NCBI GenBank assembly: GCA_964429315.1
Contig: CAYSBQ010000002.1
Coordinates: forward strand, 1-51,567
Length of the DNA: 51,567 nucleotides
Reading direction: 5' to 3'
Source: an uncultured Desulfobacterales bacterium
Lineage (GTDB): Bacteria > Desulfobacterota > Desulfobacteria > Desulfobacterales > C00003060
Position numbers and translations under genes: made by a program
Notes under the pieces: generated by a model
Told to the model about the DNA's origin: nothing
Database searches by the model: none
What the model saw: the letters and a program-made list of their open reading frames with translations, nothing else
Part shown: piece after piece, positions 43,652-51,567 of the stretch
How the letters are laid out: every line of letters begins with the position of its first letter
Position numbering within the stretch: position 1 is the stretch's first letter

Positions 43652-46648
43652 ATGCCTTATCGTTTGGAAATTGCCCTAAAACCGGAACTCTTTGATGCTG
43701 AAGGGGCTTCTATCTGCCGCAAGGCGAACGACTACTTCGGATTCAGTGTAAGATCTGTTCGCACCATAAACATTCTAACCATCGACATCGATCTTAGAAA
43801 AGATCAACTCGAGGCCCTCCAGCAAGAGATCTTTACCAATCCTGTCAGCCAGATTTCCTCCTACGACCCCCTTGACATAGATTTTGACTGGATTCTCTGG
43901 ATCGGTTACCGCCCAGGGGTGCGGGATAATCCGGGAAGCACGGCGGTAGAAGCTGTTCAGGATTTCTTTGGCCTTCATATCAAATCCCATGAAGGCATCT
44001 ATACATCCAAGAGATACGCCCTTAAAGGAGACAAGCTTTCCTTAAAAGAAGCGGACCAAATAGCCCAAGAGCTTCTGGCCAACGATACGATTCAGCAATG
44101 GAAGGTTTTTTCTAAAGACGACTGGAACCCGAATGAAGGCGCCGGTATCATTATACCCCGCATAAGGCTAGACCACAAACCTACTGTTACTTCCGTGGCT
44201 ATCGATACAAACGAAACTCTGATGCGGATAAGCGATCAACGCAACCTCGCCTTAAACCCGAATGATATTCCGACGATCAGGGCGTACTACCTCAAAGAAG
44301 ATGTTACTACCGAACGTAAGACCTTAGGCTTATCGGAGCCTTCAGACATTGAGCTGGAATACATCTCCCAGGCCAGGAGTGATCACTGCAACCATAATAC
44401 CTTTAAGGGGCTTTTTCGCTACCTGGACCTCGAGACGGGAGAGCGCCGGGAAGTAAACGATCTCTTTTCCACGTGCGTCGAAACCCCTACCCTGGAGATC
44501 AAAAAAAAGAAGCCGTGGGTAATCTCGGTCCTTTGGGACAACGCGGGGGTCGGACGATTCAATGATGACTATTACTATGTTATTACTGGAGAAACCCATA
44601 ATTCACCTTCCAATATAGAGGCCTATGGTGGCGCCATTACCGGGATAGTAGGCGTCTACAGGGATCCCATGGGTACCGGCAAAGGCTCCAAGCTCGTTGC
44701 CGGCATGTACGGATACTGCGTTGGACCTAGGAACTATGACGGGCCATTAAAGCCCCGTCTCCACCCAAAGCGTCTACTAGATGGCGTTATTGAAGGGGTC
44801 CGTGACGGCGGCAACAAAAGCGGCATCCCAACGCCTTATGGCCAAGTCTTCTTTAATGAAGGATACCTAGGCAAGTGCCTTGTCTTCGTCACCGCCATCG
44901 GACTTATGCCTTCCCAAATCAAAGGCATCCCTTGCGAAGAAAAGACCACATCTCCGGGAGAACTCATTGTTATGTGTGGCGGCCGTGTGGGAAAAGACGG
45001 CATTCACGGCGTTACCGCAGCCTCCGAGGGCTTTTCCGCCCACACCCCGGCAGGTCACGTACAGATTGGAGACCCTTATACACAAAAAAAGATGCATGAC
45101 TTTCTCTTAGAGGCCCGTGATCAAGGCCTTATTGCCTTTATTACGGACAATGGCGGGGGAGGGCTTTCATCTTCCATAGGAGAATCGGCCTGTTTTAGTA
45201 ACGGCTGCATCGTTGAATTGGAAAAGGTCCCTCTTAAATACGAGGGACTGGACCAATGGGAGATTTGGATCTCTGAATCACAGGAGCGGATGACTGTAGC
45301 CGTTGAGCCCGAACATCTCGAACAGTTCATGGCCCTTTCCGGAAAACACGCGGTGGAAAGTACCGTTATTGGTCGTTATACGGATTCCGGGAAACTCCAC
45401 ATTACTTATAACGACAAGACCTGTGCCTATGTGGACCTTGATCTGCTCAGCCGTCAATTTCCCCAATGGGAATTTGACGCCGAGTGGATACCCCCGAAAC
45501 TAAGAGGACTTGCCGAGCCGGTCTTAGAAGAGCCAAAGGAAGCCTCCGCCTTGCTTCTTGCCCTTCTTTCCCAGCCCAATATCTGTTCTAAAGAGTGGAT
45601 TGTCCGGCAGTACGACCACGAGGTGCAGGGAACAAGCGTTATAAAACCCCTGGTTGGAAAGGCCCGTGATATAAACAGCGACGGGGTCGTCATCCGCCCT
45701 GATCTAAAATCAACCCAAGGCCTGGCAATGGCGCAGGCCCTGCTTCCCACCTATTCTAATATAGACACATACGATATGGTTGCCTGTACAATCGATGAGG
45801 CTGTGCGTCGCGTGGTAGCCGTGGGAGGCAACCCCAACCACATTGGAGGGGTAGACAATTTCTGCTGGCCCAGTGTCGGGTATGACCCGAGTGACAATCC
45901 CGACGGCAAATACAAGGCGGCCCAGCTTGTGAGGGCCAACTGGGCCTTACGGGATCTTTGCCTGGCCTATGAGCTTCCGCTGCTTTCAGGAAAAGACAGC
46001 ATGTATGTAGACGGACGTCTCAGAGGACCGTTTGGAGAAACCCATAAGGTCTCGGCACTTCCCACACTGCAGTTTTCATGTATAAGTGTAGTAGCGGATA
46101 TCACACAATGCATAACCATGGATGCAAAGGTTGCTGGAGATCTTGTATATGTAGTAGGTGCGACAAGGGATGAATTAGGCGCCTCTGAATATTACGAGTT
46201 CTTCGGCTATGTGGGACTCAATCTTCCCAAGGTGGAACCCGCCTCATTTATGAAGTGCTACAATGCACTTAACCTGGCCGTAAGGAAAGAACTGATCGCA
46301 TCTTGCCATGGCATCTACCGGGGCGGCCTGGGAATTCATCTGGCCATGGTGGCTATGGCAGGGGAGCTAGGAATGTCTGTGGACTTATCCGGGGTTCCTA
46401 AAACGGGTGCGGAAAAAGACCATACCATCCTCTACTCGGAAACACCGGGGCGTTTCATAATAACTATCGATCCAGGAGATCGATCCTTCTTTGAATCAAC
46501 TATGGACAACATCCCTTGTGCCTGCATTGGAACTGTTTGTGAAAGCCCGGATTTGCGCATCAACGGACTCGATGGAAAGCCCCTTATCCGCCTGCCCGTC
46601 TCCAAACTGAAGAAGGCCTGGAAGGAAACCTTCGGGGGGCTTGTATGA
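43652..46648 (+). CDS. purL: fused PurS-PurL phosphoribosylformylglycinamidine synthase subunit
   Basis: 998 aa. The N-terminal ~80 aa are PurS-like (MPYRLEIALKPELFDAEGASI...). The rest has FGAM synthase II motifs (SDHCNHNTF, ETHNSPS, GGGLSSSIGE). Confidence 0.9.
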   Translation: MPYRLEIALKPELFDAEGASICRKANDYFGFSVRSVRTINILTIDIDLRKDQLEALQQEIFTNPVSQISSYDPLDIDFDWILWIGYRPGVRDNPGSTAVEAVQDFFGLHIKSHEGIYTSKRYALKGDKLSLKEADQIAQELLANDTIQQWKVFSKDDWNPNEGAGIIIPRIRLDHKPTVTSVAIDTNETLMRISDQRNLALNPNDIPTIRAYYLKEDVTTERKTLGLSEPSDIELEYISQARSDHCNHNTFKGLFRYLDLETGERREVNDLFSTCVETPTLEIKKKKPWVISVLWDNAGVGRFNDDYYYVITGETHNSPSNIEAYGGAITGIVGVYRDPMGTGKGSKLVAGMYGYCVGPRNYDGPLKPRLHPKRLLDGVIEGVRDGGNKSGIPTPYGQVFFNEGYLGKCLVFVTAIGLMPSQIKGIPCEEKTTSPGELIVMCGGRVGKDGIHGVTAASEGFSAHTPAGHVQIGDPYTQKKMHDFLLEARDQGLIAFITDNGGGGLSSSIGESACFSNGCIVELEKVPLKYEGLDQWEIWISESQERMTVAVEPEHLEQFMALSGKHAVESTVIGRYTDSGKLHITYNDKTCAYVDLDLLSRQFPQWEFDAEWIPPKLRGLAEPVLEEPKEASALLLALLSQPNICSKEWIVRQYDHEVQGTSVIKPLVGKARDINSDGVVIRPDLKSTQGLAMAQALLPTYSNIDTYDMVACTIDEAVRRVVAVGGNPNHIGGVDNFCWPSVGYDPSDNPDGKYKAAQLVRANWALRDLCLAYELPLLSGKDSMYVDGRLRGPFGETHKVSALPTLQFSCISVVADITQCITMDAKVAGDLVYVVGATRDELGASEYYEFFGYVGLNLPKVEPASFMKCYNALNLAVRKELIASCHGIYRGGLGIHLAMVAMAGELGMSVDLSGVPKTGAEKDHTILYSETPGRFIITIDPGDRSFFESTMDNIPCACIGTVCESPDLRINGLDGKPLIRLPVSKLKKAWKETFGGLV

Positions 46649-47526
46649 CACAAGCGCAAGGTGAAACAAAAAAGGCCCGCGTCCTTGTACTGGCAGGCTA
46701 CGGCCTAAACTGTGACCATGAAACCGCCTACGCCTTTGACCTGGTGGGGGGCGCTTCCTATCGCATACACATCAATGATCTTATATCAGGCCGGGTTCTA
46801 CTTCAAGACTATGACATCCTTGTGCTTGGTGGCGGCTTCAGCTGGGCGGATGACCATGGCGCCGGCGTGTTGGAAGCGGTTCGATTGCAACACAATATCG
46901 GCGAGGCGCTCCAGCGCTTTGTCGAGGAAGGAAAGCTTGTGCTGGGAATCTGTAATGGATTCCAGGCCCTGGTAAACCTTGGTTTTCTCCCTGGGTTTGA
47001 CGCGGATTATAAGCAAAAACGGGTGGCCCTTACATATAATGATTGTGGGAATTTCAGGGATGATTGGGTAAACCTTGTGGCAAATCAACAGTCTCCATGC
47101 GTTTTTACGAAAGGGATAACCGAGCTGGAACTTCCCATACGCCATGGCGAAGGCAAATTCATCGCCCCTGCCGAGGTGATTGAACGTCTGGCAGACCAGG
47201 GACAGATCGTCCTGCAATATGCTACACCGGAAGGGGAGTTTGCGGGAGGCAATTTTCCGTACAACCCCAATGGATCAGTTGAAGACATCGCAGGGATCTG
47301 CGACCCTACCGGACGTATCTTTGGGTTGATGCCTCACCCGGAGGCCTTTAACCACTGGACCAACCACCCCGGCTGGACTCGAAGGAAAGTGTTGTCGAAG
47401 CGCCAGGGAAGGCGCATAGACACCGAGTTGACTGTAGCAATGAAGATTTTTGAAAATGCTGTCGAGCACATGCATAAGAAGCATCCTAAAAATGATGATT
47501 TCGTAAAAAGTCCGAGTTCTTCATAA
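46645..47526 (+). CDS. purQ: FGAM synthase glutaminase subunit PurQ
   Basis: 293 aa. GICNGFQAL nucleophile Cys and MPHPE. ATGA overlap with purL. Confidence 0.9.
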   Translation: MTQAQGETKKARVLVLAGYGLNCDHETAYAFDLVGGASYRIHINDLISGRVLLQDYDILVLGGGFSWADDHGAGVLEAVRLQHNIGEALQRFVEEGKLVLGICNGFQALVNLGFLPGFDADYKQKRVALTYNDCGNFRDDWVNLVANQQSPCVFTKGITELELPIRHGEGKFIAPAEVIERLADQGQIVLQYATPEGEFAGGNFPYNPNGSVEDIAGICDPTGRIFGLMPHPEAFNHWTNHPGWTRRKVLSKRQGRRIDTELTVAMKIFENAVEHMHKKHPKNDDFVKSPSSS

Positions 47527-47562
47527 CCTAGGTCGAGGAGGTTTTTTTTAAAGGCCCTATAC

Positions 47563-48711
47563 GTGACGGAAGATAACCGCACATTCCAAACAGCCCAAGT
47601 GGCAACCGTGGCTGCCGGACATTTTATCCACGATGTTTTTAGCAGCTTCCTTGCTCCATGGCTTCCGTTGCTTATAGAAAAACTCGGTCTCTCCCTAACC
47701 CTTGCCGCATCCTTCACGCTCTTTATCCGTATGCCATCTACACTAAACCCCTTTGTCGGCATAGTGGCAGACCGTATAGACATGAGATATATGGTCATTC
47801 CCGCACCGGCGATTACTGCTGTTTGCATGAGTCTGCTAGGCCTTGCCCCCAACTATGAGATAGCAGCTATGCTGTTATTTCTCGCTGGGCTAAGTGTTGC
47901 CATCTTTCATGTGCCGGCCCCTGTTATGATCACTCGCGTATCGGGGACACAAGTAGGAAAGGGTATGAGTTATTTTATGGCCGGTGGTGAACTGGCCCGG
48001 ACAGTAGGTCCTCTAGTAGCCGTAACTGCTGTCTCACTATGGGGCTTTGAGGGAAGCTATCCTGTAATGATCCTGGGGCTTGCCGCCACCGTTTTACTTT
48101 ACTGGCGCTTGCGCCAAGCCACCATGCACAGGAAAAGGTTGCGCCGCACTTCTTTGACAAAAACCTGGCAGGCCATGCAACATGTGATGGTCCCCCTGAT
48201 CTGCCTTATGATAGCCAGGGCATTTATGGTTGCTTCGCTGACAGCATTTTTGCCCACCTACATGTCAATCCAGGGGAAAAGCCTCTGGTTGGGAGGCACT
48301 GCCCTGGCTCTCCTTGAGTGTGCCGGGGTTGTGGGCGCTTTCACCTCTGGTACGCTAAGTGACCGCTTGGGCCGGCGCTTTGTCCTGCTGGGAGTAATGA
48401 TCACCTCCCCTGTGCTTATGCTGGTCTTTCTGTCAGCCCATGGCTGGATCGTTTTTCCCGTCCTCGTTTTGCTCGGTTTTTGTGTCTTTTCAGGATCACC
48501 GGTTATGCTCGCCATAGTCCAGGAACATGCCCAGGGCATGAGAGCCACGGCTAATGGGATTTATATGGGGATCAACTTTGCGGCTGTCTCTGTAATAACG
48601 GTGCTGGCTGGCTGGACAGCGGATCTAATAGGCCTGCAAGCAGCCCTTTCTTGGAGTGCCTTAGTTGCCTTCGCCGGCATTCCGGCAATCTACTTTCTTC
48701 CAAAACGCTAA
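47563..48711 (+). CDS. MFS transporter
   Basis: 382 aa (GTG start). About 12 TM helices. GTLSDRLGRRFVLL loop motif. Confidence 0.8.
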   Translation: MTEDNRTFQTAQVATVAAGHFIHDVFSSFLAPWLPLLIEKLGLSLTLAASFTLFIRMPSTLNPFVGIVADRIDMRYMVIPAPAITAVCMSLLGLAPNYEIAAMLLFLAGLSVAIFHVPAPVMITRVSGTQVGKGMSYFMAGGELARTVGPLVAVTAVSLWGFEGSYPVMILGLAATVLLYWRLRQATMHRKRLRRTSLTKTWQAMQHVMVPLICLMIARAFMVASLTAFLPTYMSIQGKSLWLGGTALALLECAGVVGAFTSGTLSDRLGRRFVLLGVMITSPVLMLVFLSAHGWIVFPVLVLLGFCVFSGSPVMLAIVQEHAQGMRATANGIYMGINFAAVSVITVLAGWTADLIGLQAALSWSALVAFAGIPAIYFLPKR

Positions 48712-48998
48712 AACCACAGGACTTTTCCGTAACTTAAATTCCTTGACCAACCCCCCGGTCTAGGATCAAAATTGAAGGAGTGTTGACCTCTATCGGATAT
48801 TCAAAGGCCCGAACTTAGAAGGCAAGAATACGGTCCGAATTTCTCAAAAAACCCAGGTAATCCTTTGGCTTCCCCATTCAATAAATGAATATGTGAGTTG
48901 TGTAGGCCTGGTAACGAACTTCCCTCTCGCAGATTAAAAATTTGCATACATATACAAAAAACTCTGGATATTTTTGTATGTTTGTAGAAAATAACCCC

Positions 48999-49258
48999 AT
49001 GGAACGAGTACAATCATTATATCTATTTAATCCTGATGTTAACGCAAACAAGATGATTTTCCTCTCCGGTCCTCGTCAGATTGGGAAAACAACTTTCGTT
49101 TTACAAGCGACCTCGAACCTTCCGCTTCGGGGACCTATTTTAAAGACCGTTTGCAAATACCATATTTCCAGGTTGTTGAACACTTTGACGGAGTGGAGGC
49201 GTGGCCGGACCAGAAGTATGTAGTCGCAGCTTCCCGGCTATTGAGCTTGCTGGGCTAA
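48999..49258 (+). pseudogene. remnant of an AAA/P-loop ATPase gene (AAA_14/DUF4143-like): N-terminal Walker A piece joined out of frame to a C-terminal tail
   Basis: MERVQSLYLFNPDVNANKMIFLSGPRQIGKTTF (GPRQxGKTT is typical of that family, from memory). The frame is then lost. The other frame reads FQVVEHFDGVEAWPDQKYVVAASRLLSLLG up to TAA at 49256. Full-length relatives are about 400 aa. Confidence 0.45.
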
Positions 49259-49293
49259 AATTATGAGGCATCAATAATTTGGAAGAATTTGGC

Positions 49294-49749
49294 ATGATAA
49301 GAAGATATTTCAATGACCTAAGTGAAGGGGAACCTCTCAATTGTCAGCCGGTTTTAATGACGCGAGAGGCAATCATCGAATTTGCACGAAAATATGACCC
49401 ACAACCCTTCCATACTGATGAGAAGACTGCGAGTGAATCGATTTTTGGTGGGCTTGTAGCGTCTTCACTTCATACCCTGTCTGCTTGTACTCGCTCAGTT
49501 GTAGAGGCACAGGGTAATATTGCAATACTAAGCGGGGTTGGTATGGATGAGGCCAAAATGTTCAATCCAGTAAGACCTGGCGACATCCTTTCTGTCAAAG
49601 CCTGGTGGACTGATCTCAAACGATCTCAGAGCAAACCGGATATGGGATTCGCTGGGATCAGATGCAAAGTTACTAATCAGAAGGGGGAGCCAGTAATTGA
49701 ATATGGCTATCGTTACCTGTTGGCTTGCCGTAATTCAGATCAACCTTAA
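49294..49749 (+). CDS. MaoC-like hot-dog fold dehydratase
   Basis: Start chosen at ATG 49294. REAIIEFARKYDPQPFHTDEKTA...FGGLVASSLHT...VRPGDIL pattern. Confidence 0.8.
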   Translation: MIRRYFNDLSEGEPLNCQPVLMTREAIIEFARKYDPQPFHTDEKTASESIFGGLVASSLHTLSACTRSVVEAQGNIAILSGVGMDEAKMFNPVRPGDILSVKAWWTDLKRSQSKPDMGFAGIRCKVTNQKGEPVIEYGYRYLLACRNSDQP

Positions 49750-49930
49750 GGGAGTTAACAAACTGATACGAAGATCATTGATGTGGAGGCGTCGTTTTAG
49801 CGCATTAACAACCAAAGGGCGTATATTGTATCGTATATCGGGACGTTCTTTACTTTTCAAGTTGAATGGTGCCTAGGTTTTTGATATAGGACTGGTATGA
49901 CGCGTCAAAAGAATAGATGCACCGGGTGCG

Positions 49931-50029
49931 CTTCATCATATTGTTGCCAGCGGTATAGATTGCAAAAGGTACTCGTTAAAAACTTATCAGTGAATCATAA
50001 ACTAATGTACGTCCCGAAAGCTTCCTGAG
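49931..50029 (+). repeat. direct repeat copy 1; degenerate 5' fragment of a Y1 (IS200/RayT-like) transposase gene
   Basis: With the upstream ATG at 49897 and one frameshift it reads MTRQK(R)IDAPGALHHIVASGIDCKRYSL, like the M.RQ.RIDAPGALHHI..RGIERR N-terminus (from memory). About 13 mismatches in 99 nt versus copy 2 by eye, with no gaps. Confidence 0.65.
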
Positions 50030-50087
50030 CAGCCAAAGATACTTGTCGTTGGCTTTTTTGTCTTAAGGGTACCTGGAGGATGTTCTG

Positions 50088-51224
50088 ATGGCCAAGGAAC
50101 CAAGCTATGAAGAATTGAAAGAACGGGTCCGGGAGCTAGAGAAAGAAATCGCCAAGCACAACCGGACGGAGGAGGCGCTACGGGAGAGTGAACACCGGTT
50201 AAATATTGTGTTAGATACCATTCAGGCTGGGGTCGTAGTTATTGACCCCGAAACCCGTATCATCGTAGGGGTTAATGCTGCCGCTGCAAAAATAGTTGGT
50301 GTTTCTGAGCAGAAAATTCTGCGGAGCTTATGTCACAACTACATTTGCCCGGCAGAAGAGGGCCAGTGTCCAATCCTAGATCTTGGACAGAATTTGGACA
50401 ACACAGAACAGGTATTATTGACTGCCAGTGGCGGGAAGATACCGATCCTCAAAACAGTGGTTCCCGTGATATTGGCTGGCCGAAAGCACCTGCTCGAAAG
50501 TTTTGTGGATATCAGCGATCGAAAGCGGGCGGAGGAAGAACTGCGAAAGACAAACGAGGAGCTTAAGCACTTCGTGAATGTTGTGTCCCATGACTTAAAA
50601 AACCCCATCATGTCCATCCAGGGATTTTCTTTTCTCCTGCTAAAGAAGTATAAAGGAACACTTGATGAAAAGGCCCTTAGTTTCCTTCAGCACATCGAGG
50701 CCAGTGCCCGCCGGATGGGTGCATTAGTCTCGGACCTCTTGGATTTGTCAAGGCTGGGCAGCGTAGGCTCCAGCTTTGGCGATGTTCGTTCCCTTGAGAT
50801 AGTGACGAAGGTGACCTCGGACCTCCAAGATAGACTGAGGAAAAGGGGAATAGATCTTGTCGTGGTAAACGACGTTCCGACTATCCACTGTGATGGGAAA
50901 AGGATCTATCAGGTTTTTGAGAACTTGCTTGTCAATGCCATCAAGTTTATGGGAGACGCTAAGGATCCCAAGATCGAGATTGGGTATCAGGATAACGGAG
51001 ACATGCATCAGTTTTACGTAAAGGATAACGGTATTGGGATTGATCCAAAACATCACCTAAAAGTATTTGAGATGTTCCAGAGGCTAGAGCAAATAGAAGA
51101 CCAGGAAGGAACAGGGTTAGGACTTGCAATTGTTGACAGGATTGTGAAAAACCACGGTGGAAAGGTGTGGGTGGAGTCTGAAAGGGGTGAGGGAGCCACC
51201 TTTTATTTCATCTTACCCAAGTGA
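50088..51224 (+). CDS. PAS-domain sensor histidine kinase (cytoplasmic)
   Basis: 378 aa. Coiled N-terminus, a PAS region, H-box FVNVVSHDLKNPI, N-box ENLLVNAIKF, G-boxes DNGIGI and GTGLGLAIV. GGAGGA RBS. Confidence 0.9.
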   Translation: MAKEPSYEELKERVRELEKEIAKHNRTEEALRESEHRLNIVLDTIQAGVVVIDPETRIIVGVNAAAAKIVGVSEQKILRSLCHNYICPAEEGQCPILDLGQNLDNTEQVLLTASGGKIPILKTVVPVILAGRKHLLESFVDISDRKRAEEELRKTNEELKHFVNVVSHDLKNPIMSIQGFSFLLLKKYKGTLDEKALSFLQHIEASARRMGALVSDLLDLSRLGSVGSSFGDVRSLEIVTKVTSDLQDRLRKRGIDLVVVNDVPTIHCDGKRIYQVFENLLVNAIKFMGDAKDPKIEIGYQDNGDMHQFYVKDNGIGIDPKHHLKVFEMFQRLEQIEDQEGTGLGLAIVDRIVKNHGGKVWVESERGEGATFYFILPK

Positions 51225-51236
51225 TTCTCAAGGCAT

Positions 51237-51267
51237 GCCACGTCATGATACGTGGCCTTCCCTTTTC
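51237..51267 (+). terminator. hairpin plus T-rich tail after the kinase gene
   Basis: GCCACGT-catgat-ACGTGGC followed by CTTCCCTTTTC. Confidence 0.45.
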
Positions 51268-51418
51268 AGTCAGAATGATCAACATATTGTATACGAGCCT
51301 CCCCCCGCAAAAGTAGCGATGTCTGAAGTTGGATTTTTGAAGGTCTCCATTCCTTTTAGATTTCCCTCTGAAACCAGCACAAATGACCCACTCATCCCCG
51401 AACTTGACAGTTGTCCCA

Positions 51419-51517
51419 CTTCATCATATTATTGCCAAAGGTATAGATCGCAAAAGGTACTCGTTAAAAGCTTAACAGTAATTTATAAACTAATGTACGT
51501 ACCGAAAGCTCTATGAG
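51419..51517 (+). repeat. direct repeat copy 2; degenerate Y1-transposase 5' fragment
   Basis: Reads ..PLHHIIAKGIDRKRYSLKA*. It shares with copy 1 the non-coding-looking tail ataaactaatgtacgt.ccgaaagct. Confidence 0.65.
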
Positions 51518-51567
51518 ATTATGCGGTCGGGCAAGCAACCTCAAACAGTCAAAGCACGAAGCTTGAT

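Noticed and set aside
43652-43900. PurS fused to PurL as a novelty
   Set aside because: As far as I recall, PurS-PurL (PurSL) fusions are a known arrangement in several bacterial lineages. It is noted in the feature but not treated as a finding.
47334-47852. 172-aa minus-strand ORF spanning the purQ/MFS junction
   Set aside because: It overlaps two well-supported plus-strand genes, has no RBS and has a low-complexity composition.
1-51567. CRISPR arrays, rRNA genes, intact IS elements, integrases or prophage genes
   Set aside because: I found no regularly spaced direct repeats, no rRNA-like sequence and no full-length transposase or integrase ORF by eye. Only the degenerate transposase-derived repeats near 49.9 and 51.4 kb were seen.

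Overview
The window looks like a chromosomal segment of a sulfate-reducing Desulfobacterota (deltaproteobacterial) genome. That assignment is inferred from gene content only. All calls come from reading the ORF translations, motifs and DNA by eye, with no database search.

The core (about 9.6-28.1 kb) is a compact dissimilatory sulfate-reduction electron-transfer supercluster:
- qrcABCD-like quinone reductase, plus two tiny membrane ORFs
- convergent dsrMKJOP, preceded by an RsbRD_N-like gene
- tRNA-Leu(CAA)
- tatA/tatC
- a tetrahaem cytochrome c3
- dsrABDN

The left flank carries:
- a SelD-like 3' end
- an OYE flavoprotein / Tat-exported DUF362 / membrane polyferredoxin operon behind a structured leader
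- a hydrolase, DUF1992, an EndoIII-like gene, and ddl plus a second ATP-grasp gene

The right flank carries:
- two unknown genes directly upstream of dsrA
- a self-contained 110-aa gene
- a stand-alone YcaO operon (YkgJ-type Cys protein, unknown, PrmA-like methyltransferase, YcaO)
- a YidD-domain/TPR pair
- a 1804-aa tandem-fused double UvrA
- a ParA-family ATPase fused to a CBM48/AMPK-beta-type glycan-binding domain, with an unknown partner gene
- purSL-purQ and an MFS transporter
- a small decayed mobile-element patch: a P-loop ATPase remnant and two ~99-nt direct repeats derived from Y1-transposase 5' ends that bracket a PAS histidine kinase

Several near-consensus sigma70-type promoters (TTGACA-17-TATAAT-like) and intrinsic terminators are readable and help define transcription units. 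They include one candidate CU-rich sRNA.

The best candidates for undescribed biology are the YcaO/methyltransferase cassette with the adjacent 110-aa gene, the ParA-CBM48 two-gene module, the asymmetric double UvrA, and the OYE/DUF362/polyferredoxin module. No CRISPR array, rRNA or intact transposase was seen.
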